Shown: positions 1 through 10,225, numbered from the stretch's first letter. The stretch is 13,697 bases of DNA from Nitrospirota bacterium (GCA_963721805.1 CAVRJY010000009.1:1-13697); one strand, 5' to 3'. Notes: a model not told the origin generated them from the letters alone. Made by a program: numbers and translations.

Positions 1-1949
1 GTTGGCCCGTGCTCCACGCTCCTGTTCCTCGCGTTTCAGCTATTTGACCCGGCCGTGCTCCGCGAGCAGGTCGAGGCCAAGACTCTGGACCTGCGCCAGT
101 ATCTCCGAAACCGCATTACGCATCCGGCGCCGCCTGAGGACATCCTGATCGTGACGATCGACGAGCACAGCATTGCCGAGATGGGACGGTGGCCGTGGAG
201 CCGCACCGTGATGGCAGGCCTGATAAACACGATTTCTTCGGGCCGTCCGAAGGCGATCGGCGTGTCGCAGATACTCTTTAGCGAGCCCGAGGGCAAGGGG
301 CCGGACGAGGCTCTCGGCCGTGCGATCTCGGAGGCCGGAAACGTCGTGCTAGCGACCGGGTTTCTGGTCTTCGCCGAGACCGGTGAGCGGATGAGCACGG
401 TGAAGCCGGACTACCTCTGGGAGCACGCCTTCATGGAGGTCAAGGGCACGAAGGACATACCCTGGAAGCGCTGGGTGCTCAACGCAGACAGCGTCCTTGC
501 GCCTGTCGCGCCGGTCGCCTCGGGGGCGGAGATCGGCTCGGTATACACACAGCCGGACCGCGACGGGGTGCTCCGGTGGGAGATACTGGCGCTGCAGTAC
601 GACGGGGACTTCTACCCCTCGATGCCGCTTCAGGTGGTGCGCATCTCAAGGGGCCTGAAGCCGGAGGACATGGCCGTGCTGGGCGAGGCATCGGCTGCGG
701 CGGCGAGACGATCCCCACCGACCTCAGCCTGCGTATCCTGCTTAACTACCGTGGCGGGGCTGGCAGCTTCCGATATATCTCGGCCTCAGACCTTATTAAG
801 CCACAGGGTGTCGCCCTCGATATTTAAGGACAAGGTCGTGCTGCTTGGGACCTCGGCGCTCACTACGTGCGACCAGAAAGTGACCCCGCTTTCATCCAAC
901 ATGCCGGGGGTCGAGAAGAACGCTACGGTCGTGGACAACCTCCTGAACCACAGCTGGCTTTCGCGTAGCCCCGGCATCATAGAGATGGTGCTCACGCTCC
1001 TGACCGCCGTGATACTCAGCGTAGCTTCCCCACGCATGAGGGCACTGGCTGGGCGCGCTATTCGCGCTGCTGCTGATCGTGGCATATCTGGGGTTCGCGT
1101 TTTATATGCTCGTCGCGCGCGGCGTATGGGTCAACGTGATCTATCCGGTCGGCAACATGGGCCTGATCTTCGTCGGGCAGAGCACGGCGAGGTTCTTCCT
1201 CGAAGAGGTCAAGGCGCGCCATATCAGGCAGATGTTTTCGAGCTACGTGTCTCCGAAGATCGTAGAGCAGTTGATCGCCAACCCCGAGATGGCCAAACTG
1301 GGCGGCCAGCGGAAGGAGGTCACGGTGCTCTTCTGGGACGTGCGGGGTTCACGACCTTTTCGGAGCAGCGCCAGCCCGAAGAGGTCGTGGCGCACCTGAA
1401 CGAGTACCTCCAGGAGATGACGGACATTATTTTCAAGTGGGAAGGGACCCTTGACAAGTTCGTGGGCGACGAGATCATGGCGTTCTGGGGCGCGCCCCTG
1501 GACCAGCCGGACCATGCGGAGCTGGCCGTTCGATGCGCTCTTCACATGTCGGAGCGGCTCGACCAGCTGCGGAAGAAGTGGAAGGCAGAGGGCAAGGAGC
1601 CTCTCGACAACGGGATCGGGATCAATACCGGCTCCGTGCTGATCGGCAACATCGGATCGGCGGACAAGAAGATGGACTACACGGCGATCGGCGACCACGT
1701 GAACCTCGGCGCGCGCGTCGAGACGCTGACGCGCTCGTATAACGCCAAGATACTTATCACCGAATCCACCTACTCGCGCGGTGCGCTCCCAGCTGGAGAG
1801 CGGGCAACATCGGGCACACGCACGTTGAGTGCAGGGGAGAGGTCAAAGTCAAGGGCAAGGAGATTCTGCTCGGGGTATATGAAATATACGACACGGAAGC
1901 CAAGTGGGATCACACCTTTGACGGAACGTGGACGGCCAGAGGATACTGA
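1..1949 (+). CDS. CHASE2-domain class III adenylate/guanylate cyclase, probably ATP-specific; 5'-truncated, several apparent frameshifts
   Basis: Frame 1 is open from base 1. CHASE2 hallmarks: ILIVTIDEHSI..GRWPWSR, DRDGVLR, FKDKVVLLG, MPGVEKNATVVDNLL. TM segments at ~985-1190. Cyclase motifs are spread over several frames: KEVTVLFWDVRG/FT, DKFVGDEIMAFWGAP, GIGINTG, DYTAIGDHVNLGARVE, VKVKGKE..VYEI. The frame carrying VKGK ends at TGA 1947-1949. K in DKF and D in DYT are the ATP-specifying residues of class III cyclases. Confidence 0.92.
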
Positions 1950-1971
1950 TAGCGAGTAACGATCATTTTTT

Positions 1972-2156
1972 AAAGCGCGTTAAATACGTGTGATACGTTG
2001 TCGCGCCTCGGAAATCCGTCCTCGGAGTACGTCTCAGTACACCGTCGGACGTTTTCCTCGCCGCTTCTAGTCTGACGCGATTTGGGCGCGCTTTCGGGGG
2101 GAGAGAAAGGGGGCCAGTCGGCCCCGCCCCCCGCGCCCCACGAGGTCAACGGCATT
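1972..2156 (+). repeat. Structured palindromic repeat, copy 1 (REP/REPIN/MITE-like)
   Basis: AAAGCGCG (1972-1979) pairs with CGCGCTTT (2087-2094); apex GTAC-GTCTCA-GTAC (2027-2040). 29 nt (2020-2048) are identical to 10276-10304. 26 nt (2080-2105) are identical to the reverse complement of copy 3. Ends GGTCAACGGCATT. Confidence 0.9.
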
Positions 2157-2524
2157 AGTTTTAGATTGAGCGGGGTCGGTGGCAGTTGTAATCTTTTGCG
2201 GGATGCTGTGCTCCCGTGCACTCCCAAAAGGGCCTTACGCCATGCATGCGCAAATTTACTCTATCAGGCCATGTTCCGCGAGACGTTTCCATTGATTCTT
2301 GAAATGTAACAATCGCGGCGATTGGAACTTATATGGATAAAGGCTTCGATAGCGGTTTCGCCGCATCAGGCAAGCCCTGCGAGCTATCGCTACAGCTTTA
2401 TATGGTTGTTTTGGAATACATGGAACATGACTATAAGATGCAAGTAATGGTAAACTAATCTAACGTTTATCAATATCCTTGTGTTTTAAAGCGAGGGATA
2501 TGGCAACATGAAAGGAAAGCAATC

Positions 2525-3349
2525 ATGAGTCTGGTTAAGTTTAGTACTTATGCAATTCCTACCGTCTATCCTGGTATGGTGAGTAGCAAGACCGATCATG
2601 TTTTTGTTTGCTCAGGAGATGGTACTCATAATTGGAACTGCTTTGGCCGAGGGTGTGAATTAATTAATAAATCGGAAGAATTAAGGGAATTAGAGAACGC
2701 TTCGGGATCTATAAACTCCGAGTGGGCCAGCTTGATATATGGGTCCTCTTTTGAAGGAAAGACGGATGGCAGCCCGGCGGCTGGGATTAAAGAGAGGTTT
2801 AATGGAGTTTGTCACAATGCTGCGAACCGAATTCTGGTGCTTGCTGGAGACGAGGTGGATGTAAGAGCCGCCTTCGGCAGTGCGTTTGTGACGTTGGTGT
2901 ATGGGAAGTTTGGGTACGATATTGATGCATATGTTGAAAATGTGAGCAATACTGCCAAGACATTAAAAATTACCGATGATGAAATCGAAGCTGTTGTTAA
3001 GCGGATTACGCGGGGGAAGTCTCCTGAAGATGAGTTCGATATTCTGAAAAATGATTTGGATGAACATTTTGGTATGCATCTTTCCTCTTTGAGCGACGAA
3101 GAACGGTCAAAGTTTGATCGTATTTACGGAAAGTTTCAAGGAGAGCGCGTGGCGGCTTATACTGCTGAACCACAAACAGGCGATTGCCAAGAGTTTCAAG
3201 AAAGATTTAAAAAACATCTAGAACCCCACCTGGAAACTTGCTTACGAGACCTCAATGCTTTGCTTGGACCAGATCTATTTGTAGCGATTTTTGAATTACC
3301 GCTTGAGGCTGCTATCACAACTGCAAAAAGCTTTCTGCTTGGGATATGA
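2525..3349 (+). CDS. Hypothetical protein (274 aa) in AT-rich islet; DHVFV...WNCFG...NGVCHNAANRIL motifs
   Basis: Uninterrupted ORF with AAAGGA about 8 nt upstream of the ATG. AT-rich codon usage differs from the flanks. Converges on hemW with a 13-nt gap. Confidence 0.85.
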   Translation: MSLVKFSTYAIPTVYPGMVSSKTDHVFVCSGDGTHNWNCFGRGCELINKSEELRELENASGSINSEWASLIYGSSFEGKTDGSPAAGIKERFNGVCHNAANRILVLAGDEVDVRAAFGSAFVTLVYGKFGYDIDAYVENVSNTAKTLKITDDEIEAVVKRITRGKSPEDEFDILKNDLDEHFGMHLSSLSDEERSKFDRIYGKFQGERVAAYTAEPQTGDCQEFQERFKKHLEPHLETCLRDLNALLGPDLFVAIFELPLEAAITTAKSFLLGI

Positions 3350-3362
3350 AATAGAGCTAATG

Positions 3363-4496
3363 CTATAGCCCCAAGGCTACGAATAGTCTGACAGTGACAG
3401 GGTTCATCAGCATGAGCGCATCGGGGGTAAGGCCATGCGGCCCCAGCGTTCCTCTATCATCCCCTCCCTTATGAGAGGTGCGCACGCGGCCTGAAGGTCC
3501 AGCCCGTGTTCGGTTTGAAATCGCGCCAGGTCGAGCCCTTCCGATGTGCGCAGGCCGAGCATCACCTCCTCGCGGAGGGCGTCTGCCCGGTGAGTTCGTG
3601 GCGTTCGGCCACCGGGGGATGCCGTCGCCGAGCATGCGCACATAGGCGTTCGTGTCCTCTACGTTCCACCACCGCGCCTCACCGTCGAAGGAGTGCGCGC
3701 CGGGGCCGAGCCCAAGGAACGTCCCCCTCCGCCAGTAGTTGAGGTTATGGCGGCACTCCATACCCGGCAGCGCCGCGTAGTTCGAGACCTGGTCATGCCG
3801 GTGTCCCGCAGCGGTGAGCGGCTTCCTGCCCAGGTGCACATTTCGGTCACGAGGTCCTCAGAGCGGCATATCCACGAGGCCGCGCTCTATCGCGTCCCAG
3901 AGCGGTGTGCCCTCGGCGGGCGTGAGTTCGTAGGCCGATATGTGCGAGGGCCGAAGCTCGAGCGTCCTGCCCACAGTCCGCTCCCAGTCCCTCATCGCCT
4001 GACCCGGCAGCCCGTACATCAGGTCGATCGAGAGGCGGAAGCCGTGATCCTTAATCATCCGCGCCGCGCGGATTGCGTCCTCGGCCGTATGCAGGCGGCC
4101 GAGGACGCGGAGTTCAGGGTCGTTAAGCGACTGCACGCCGAGGCTCATGCGGGTCACGCCCGAGCGTTTCAGGATGGCGAGCTTTTCGTCATCGAGCGTA
4201 CCGGGGTTGGCCTCGACAGTGAACTCCAGTGCGCCCTGGGCGGTCTCAGTGACTATCTCAAGCAGTTGCGCCAGCATCTGGGCGGGAAGCGAGGTCGGTG
4301 TGCCTCCGCCTATATAGAGCGTATCGGGCGGGCCGGGGGCGAGGAAGCGGGCTTCGCTGCCTAGCGCGTTAAGATAGGCGCGCGCCGGGGCCTCCTCGAT
4401 CCTGACCGAGTAGAAGTCGCAGTACGGGCACTTGCCGATGCAGTACGGCACGTGGACGTATAGGCCATCGTATTTGCGCCCTTTTATTATTTCGAT
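3363..4496 (-). CDS. hemW: Radical SAM heme chaperone HemW (HemN-like); frameshifted, start uncertain
   Basis: [17 protein letters not shown] (CxxxCxxC followed by xF, no fourth Cys as in HemN), [45 protein letters not shown]. Then in other frames [14 protein letters not shown] and [13 protein letters not shown]. Stop TAG at 3363-3365. Confidence 0.9.
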
Positions 4497-4504
4497 GGCT
4501 ACTT

Positions 4505-4510
4505 TATAAT
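4505..4510 (+). promoter_or_regulatory. Sigma70-type -10 box (TATAAT) just before the ATGs at 4514/4517
   Basis: Perfect TATAAT in the short divergent gap between hemW and the ftsEX operon; no Shine-Dalgarno sequence before the ATGs. Confidence 0.5.
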
Positions 4511-4516
4511 ACAATG

Positions 4517-4850
4517 ATGTTGACCGGATATAATACCAACGTGCCACATAAGGGCCGCACCCTGCACGTCCAGACCGAGGACGGGGGGCGGGGCAACCCG
4601 GTCATCACGACGCTTTTATACGAACGCGGGGCCATACTCGACTCGGTCGCGGTCGGCTTATGCCGACGTCCTGATCGACGAGGACTGGAAGGACAAGGTC
4701 GTCGCGATGATGCGCGACCAGCACAAGCGCGTGATCCAGGCCGTGATGTCAGGCCGCTACGACGAGGCCCCCGACGGGGCGGACGCGGCGGAGGCGGCAT
4801 CGGCAGAGGAAGAGGACATAGACTCTGTAGTTGCCTCATACATAATCTGA
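4517..4850 (+). CDS. Small conserved-looking hypothetical protein (~110 aa), one frameshift near 4645
   Basis: MLTGYNTNVPHKGRTLHVQTEDGGRGNPVITTLLYERGAILDS continues in another frame as RSAYADVLIDEDWKDKVVAMMRDQHKRVIQAVMSGRYD...EEEDIDSVVASYII, stop TGA 4848-4850, directly before the ftsE RBS. Confidence 0.75.
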
Positions 4851-4870
4851 CCGTGGAGGTGCGTGGCAGC

Positions 4871-5555
4871 TTGATAAAGTTCGTGGACGTGACAAAGACT
4901 TTCGAGAGCTCCACGATCATCAGGAAGGCGAACTTCGAGATCGGGCGCGGCGAGATGGTCTTCATCTCGGGGCCGAGCGGCTCGGGCAAGACCACGCTGC
5001 TGAAGATGATCTTCATGGAGGAGAGGCCGGACGACGGCCAGATCTTCGTCGACGACAAGGACCTGACCCATCTTCCCCCGTCGCACATAGCCGCATCTCA
5101 GGCGCATGGTTGGCGTCGTGTTCAGGACTTCAGGCTCCTGCCGATGAGCGTTTACGACAACGTCGCGCTGACGCTGCGCATACGCGGGATGAGCGAGCGC
5201 TCGCTGCGGCCGATCGTAAACGACACTGCTCAAGCTCGCGGGCCTCAAGGCACAAGGCCGAGAGTTTCGCTGCATCGCTCTCGGGCGGCGAGCAGCAGAG
5301 GCGTCTCGATAGCGCGCGGCCATAGTGGGCGAGCCGCAGGTCCTGCTCGCGGACGAGCCGACCGGCAACCTCGACCCCGACACGGCGGCTGGCATAAGGA
5401 AGCTGTTCAGGGAGATCAACATGCACGGCACCACCGTGGTGTTCGCGACGCATTCCCGCGAGCTGTTCCGCGACCTTGGCAACCGCGTCCTGAGGCTCGA
5501 GGACGGCGTGCATAACGCAGGAGGCCGGGCTTTGATACGCATACCAGATCCGTGA
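4871..5555 (+). CDS. ftsE: Cell division ABC ATPase FtsE; frameshifted, end approximate
   Basis: GGAGGTG RBS then TTG at 4871. Walker A GPSGSGKTT, QDFRLLP..VYDNVAL, signature LSGGEQQR, Walker B/D-loop VLLADEPTGNLD, INMHGTTVVFATH. Followed by an ftsX-like gene. Confidence 0.85.
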
Positions 5556-6403
5556 CTGCCGGTAAACGGGATAAGGCGCGAGAAGTGGATAAACATGGTC
5601 AGCGTCGTCGCGATCGCCGACCGGGCTGCTGATGGCCTCGATGGCCGACCTCGCGGTCTATAACATCAAGCTCGCGGCCGAGCACCTGCCCGAGCGGTTC
5701 TCTGTTACGGTGTTTTTAAACGAGATCCTCACCGAGCCCCAGGGCCGCGACCTCGAAACCAGGTTAGCCGCATCGAGGGCGTCAAGCAGGTCGATTACAT
5801 ATCGCGCGACGAGGCGCTCGCGGAACTCAGGCGGACGATGGCCGACTCGGATGCCATACTCGGCGGGCTGGCGGAAAACCCCCTGCCCGCTCGCTTGACG
5901 TGAAGCTCAACCAGGACTCCGTGACGGCTGATGCGGTGCGCACGGTGGCCGACGCATAAAGAGGCATCAAGGGTGTCGCGGACGTCGATTACGGCGAGAA
6001 GCTCCTCGGGGTCATTCAGAAGGTGCGCTATTACGCCGGTACTATCGGCTCGGCGGTGATGGCGATAATCGTGGCCGGGATGCTGTTCGTCTGCTACAGC
6101 ACGGTGAAGATCCTGCTGTACCGCAAGCGCGACGAGGTCGAGACGCTCAAGGTGCTCGGGGCGACCAAGTGGTTCATCCGGGGGCCGTTCATTATCGAGG
6201 GCGGCATCGTCGGGTTCCTGGGCGGGGCGATCCGGCCTGGGGGCTCATGGCCTTCAAGGTCTTGGTGTACGATCAGATGATGTCGACGATGCCGCTGCTG
6301 AGGAGCTGAGCGCACCGCCCGAGATCCTGCTGGCGCTGCCGCTGGGCGGGCTGCTGGTGGCGCACTCGGGGCACTTATGGCCGTAGGGGCCATAAAATAT
6401 TAG
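5532..6403 (+). CDS. ftsX: Cell division permease FtsX; frameshifted, start approximate
   Basis: Pieces GIRREKWINMVSVVAIA, FSVTVFL, GWRKTP/ENPLP, IKGVADVDYG, VCYSTVKILLYRKRDEVETLKVLGATKWFIRGPFIIEG (FtsX C-terminal pattern). Stop TAG 6401-6403. Confidence 0.85.
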
Positions 6404-6410
6404 GCCGCTG

Positions 6411-7545
6411 ATGAGGCCGATCGCTGGTCGGCGCTCGCGTCGCGGTGCACGGTCCTTGTCGGCCGCTCGCTCGCCGCACGCACGGCTGAGGACGGCGGGG
6501 CCGCGTACACCGAGCGCGACAACGACCATCCAGCGAGATAGAGCAGGAACGACAGGCAAACGGCCAGGATATACAAGGGCATCGACGCACGCCTCCGGAG
6601 CTGGACAAGACCGGCGAACCTCGGGCAGATATCCAGGGCCGCCGTTCCGGGGCAGCTCCGCCACCCAGCACCCAGGCGTGAAGGCCGACATCGAGGCCCT
6701 CGAGCAAGTCTGGAGCAAGCGCAAGGGCTGGCCGCGCTGAGCCGCGGCGATGAACCGCTACGGCCGGTACTCCTCGAGATCCCGCTGAAGCCCTCGAAGG
6801 GCTTCATGGAACATGCTGCAGCTCCTGAGGCGTGGCACGCACCCGCGCACGCCCTCCACTGGAGCAACGCCATCGAGGGCTAGAAGCCAGCGATCGACCC
6901 TCAAGAGCGCCAAGGCGACTCGCTCCGCCCACGCGCCTGGCCGCGAACGAGCACAACAGGAGCCGCGGCCGAAGCGCTACATGGTCCGAAAGAAAGAAGG
7001 AAAAAGAGACCGAGCCTACGGACGTCAGGCGGAGAAAGGCCTCGCAGGAGCAGGTTCGAAAGGAAATGTGAATGCCTGGAGCGCCAGGAAGATGATAAAA
7101 GACTGAGCGCACGCAGCCCGAGTACGAGGGCAAGGGTCCGGCGAGGAAGTCGCTCCAGCTGCCGTGCGGCATCGTCGTGCGCAGACGGCACGGCAGCGAC
7201 CTCGTGGACATCTACCGCCTCCGAAACGGTCATCGCCGCGGTCGAGGCCGCAAGGTCTACGTGACACCGGCAAGGTCGTCTACGCCGACTGGTCGAGGGT
7301 TCGGCAGCCGCGAACGACGACGGCCAGGGTTATGATACGCCGCAACGGCGACCTGTCTGAGATTTTTCGAGATATAGCAGAGTATAAGAAGAGGAATCAC
7401 GAAGGTGGGCGTGGTCGGGAGAAACGGAGGACTCGAACCGGCCGACGCTCACCTCGAGATACGGCAACAAGGGCAAGCCCCTCGACCCATGCAGCTGGCT
7501 CGGCAAGGTGCGCGGGCTCTTCATTGGCCAACCAGCCAAGCAGCC
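6411..7545 (+). CDS. envC: EnvC-like murein hydrolase activator (coiled coil plus M23-like domain); heavily frameshifted, boundaries approximate
   Basis: Lies between ftsX and the S41 protease. Charged coiled-coil-like pieces at 6500-7150. M23-type C-terminal fragments GKVVYADW (~7270), GVVG (~7408) and LEIR..GKPLDP (~7453-7490). Confidence 0.65.
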
Positions 7546-7559
7546 GGAGGAGAAAGTTC

Positions 7560-8923
7560 ATGTTCAAAGATGAGATACTGGGCGCTGCCATCACAGCCGC
7601 CGTTCGCCGCCGTGCCCGCCACGGCCGCCTCGCGGCAGCGGACGTCAACAGGTGGCAATCCTCGACGCAATCAAACGCCGAGCCTCCACCGAGGTCTCTT
7701 GGTCGTGAGCAGAATTATGTTGAACCCGTCGACGACAAAGACCTCATCTATGACGCCATCAACGGCATGCTCCGCTCCCTCGACCCGCACATCGGTTCAT
7801 GACCCCTGAGCTACAAGGAGATGCAGGTCAGATATAAGGGCGAGTTCGGCGGGCTGGGCATCGCAGATCCGGTCAAGAACAACGTGCTGACGGTGATTGC
7901 GCCCATCGACGACACGCCGGCCGCGCGCGCCGGCATCATGGCCGGAGACCGCATAGTGAAGATCAACGGCGAGTTTACGGACAAGCTCACGCTCCAGGAC
8001 GCGGTAGAGAAGATGCGCGGCAAGCCCGGCACCTCTGTGACGCTCACGATCATGCGCGAGGGCTTCAAGGAGCCCCACGACTTCCCGATAGTGCGCGACA
8101 TCATAGTCATAAAGAGCGTCAAGAGCAAGATGCTCGAAAAGAACATAGGCTATATCAAGCTCAGCGCGTTTAACGAAAAGAGCGCCGGAGAGGCCGAAAA
8201 GGCCCTCAAGGAGCTCTCCGACCAGAAGATGACCGCCTTTATCCTGGATTTGAGGAACAACCCCGGAGGGTTGCTCAAGAGCGCCATCGACATCTCGGAC
8301 ATGTTCCTGCCCGCAAACGACGCTGGTCGTCTTCACCAAGTCGCGCAGCGGCGAGCGCGTCGAGTACAAGACCCGCCGGGCGCGCAGATACCCCAGATCC
8401 CGATGGTCGTGCTAGTCAACCCCGGAAGCGCCAGCGCCTCGGAGATCGTGGCCGGCGCCCTCAAGGACTGGAAGCGTGCGTGATACTGGGAGAAACGACC
8501 TTCGGCAAGGGCTCGGTGCAGAGCGTCATCCCGCTTAGCGACGGAGCTGCGCTGCGCCTGACGACTTCTAAGTACTACACGCCCAACGGCGAGTCGATCC
8601 AGAACACCGGGATCACGCCGGACATAGTCGAGAAGCTCAAGAGCTCGGGCGAGAACAAGGCCCATCCCGTCATGCGCGAGAAGGACCTCACGGGCCACCT
8701 CAACAACGAGCAGCAGGACGGCAAGGTCGAGCAGATCAAGCCTGAGGTCAAGACGCCCGAGAAGGGCCCCGCTCCCGAGGAGGAAGAGGAAACCGTGATG
8801 GCTCCGAAGGACGACAAGGACGATAACCAGCTCCAGCGGGCGATCGACCTCCTTAAGACCTGGGCGATATTCAAGAAGCTCCCGGATGTCGCGGCCGGCG
8901 CCGCCCCGGCGGTTACGAAGTAA
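7560..8923 (+). CDS. ctpA: Carboxyl-terminal processing protease (S41A, CtpA/Prc family); frameshifted
   Basis: GGAGGA RBS then ATG 7560. NYVEPVDDKDLIYDAINGMLRSLDPH, PDZ GEFGGLGI..APIDDTPAARAGI, ILDLRNNPGG, catalytic SASASEIVAGALKD and GKGSVQ, YYTPNG.SIQ..GITPD, DNQLQRAIDLLK. Stop TAA 8921-8923. Confidence 0.93.
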
Positions 8924-8925
8924 TA

Positions 8926-9601
8926 TTGCCGCCCAGACGGCTCGTAATTGACATAGAAACCAGTGGCGCCCTGCTTGAGGACCTCGACGAGGGACTCAGG
9001 CAGGGCCTGCTGAAAAAGGCCGAGACCCCGGAGGACATAGACAAGATCAGCCGCGAGACCGGCCTGAATCCCGTCACCGGCGAGGTCATCGCCATCGGCA
9101 CATTCGACCCTGACACGCAACGCGGCACCGTCCTCTATCAGGCACCCGGAGAGCTCCCGCTCACGACCGAAGAAGAGCGGCCTGCGGTACGTCTCCGGCT
9201 CGGAGGCCGAGATCCTCCGGGCGTTCTGGGACGAGGTCAGGGGCGTAAAGACCGTAGTGACCTTCAACGGCCGGGGGTTCGACGGGCCTTTCCTGATCAT
9301 ACGCTCGGCGGTGCACCGCATAAAGCCCACGAAGGACCTCATGCCGAACAGGTATTCCGATGACCACGTGGACCTCTTCGACCGCCTCTCGTTTTTCAGC
9401 GCGACGCAGCGCAGGTTCGGCCTCGACATCTGGTGCCGGGCGCTTGGGATAACGAGCCCGAAGGACGAGGGCATAACCGGGGCCGAAGTGGGCGACGCGT
9501 TCCGCGCTGGAAGGCACCTCGACATAGCCCGCTACTGCGGCCGCGACATCCGCGCCACGGCCGAGCTGTACGCAGTATGGGAGCGCTACATTAAATCGTA
9601 A
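8926..9601 (+). CDS. Stand-alone DEDDy 3'-5' exonuclease (PolB-exonuclease-related / RNase H-like); frameshift near 9180
   Basis: ExoI VIDIET, ExoII VTFNGRGFDGPFL, HVDL, ExoIII IARYCGRDI. TTG start 2 nt after the ctpA stop. Confidence 0.85.
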
Positions 9602-9615
9602 GCCCCTGCGCGCCG

Positions 9616-9624
9616 TGATATAAT
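9616..9624 (+). promoter_or_regulatory. Extended -10 promoter (TGnTATAAT) for marC, probably leaderless
   Basis: TGATATAAT at 9616-9624, ATG at 9630, no Shine-Dalgarno sequence. Confidence 0.6.
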
Positions 9625-9629
9625 CTGCC

Positions 9630-10211
9630 ATGAATGAGTTCCTGCACGCGCTGCCCAACACCTTCATCCCGATCTTTGTCGCGATGGACCCGTTCATCAT
9701 AGTGCCGGTATTCGTTTCGCTCACCGAGGGCATGAGCGCGAAGTCCCGCGACCATGTAGTGAACACCTCGGCCGTCACCGCGCTCACGGTGAGCCTGATC
9801 TTCACGATGGGCGGCAGCGCGCTCTTCAGGGTGATGGGCATCACGGTATTCGATTTCAAGGTCGCGGGGGGGCTGGTGCTGCTCGTGATAGCGATACTCG
9901 ACCTCGTGAGCACGGGGGCGAAGGCCGCGACCCGCAACTCGGAGCACGCAGGGGTGGTGCCGATAGGGGTGCCGCTGATCGTCGGGCCCGCGGTGCTCAC
10001 GACGATTATAGTGCTGATGGACAACCAGGGGCCTATCCTGACCGTGACCGCGCTCGTGCTAAATATCCTGATCGTATGGATCGGGATGAAGAGCGCGAAG
10101 CCTATTGTGCGCTTCATGGGCATAAACAGCATGAAGGCTATTTCAAAAATCATGGCCATAATGCTGGCGTCGCTGGCGGTGATGATGATACGGCTGGGAT
10201 CATGGGGATGA
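9630..10211 (+). CDS. marC: MarC-family integral membrane protein
   Basis: FIPIFVAMDPF, FRVMGITVFDFKVAGGLVL, VVPIGVPLIVGPAVLTT, SKIMAIMLASLAVMMI; six hydrophobic stretches. The true end may be TAG 10220-10222 if one base is missing near 10197 (..LGIMGMTGH*). Confidence 0.92.
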   Translation: MNEFLHALPNTFIPIFVAMDPFIIVPVFVSLTEGMSAKSRDHVVNTSAVTALTVSLIFTMGGSALFRVMGITVFDFKVAGGLVLLVIAILDLVSTGAKAATRNSEHAGVVPIGVPLIVGPAVLTTIIVLMDNQGPILTVTALVLNILIVWIGMKSAKPIVRFMGINSMKAISKIMAIMLASLAVMMIRLGSWG

Positions 10212-10225
10212 CCGGGCACTAGTGG

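Noticed and set aside
1972..2156. Hairpin repeats as integron attC sites
   Set aside because: The stem ends are AAAGCGCG/CGCGCTTT, not RYYYAAC/GTTRRRY. GGTCAAC lies outside the stem and has no paired partner. No integrase or tandem cassette array is seen.
1970..2309. ORFs 1970-2227 (-) and 2082-2309 (+), and similar ORFs over 12255-12516
   Set aside because: They overlap the repeat copies. Shared peptides such as SPPESAPK reflect the DNA repeat, and reading frames are not conserved among copies.
4514..5515. 333-aa fusion of the hypothetical protein with FtsE
   Set aside because: The joining segment is out-of-frame R/G/P-rich text. Another frame gives a clean stop at 4850, and ftsE has its own RBS.
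8575..10219. Long antisense ORFs (8575-9525, 9161-10219, also 4504-5596 and 12255-12896)
   Set aside because: Shadow ORFs opposite well-supported genes in GC-rich DNA.
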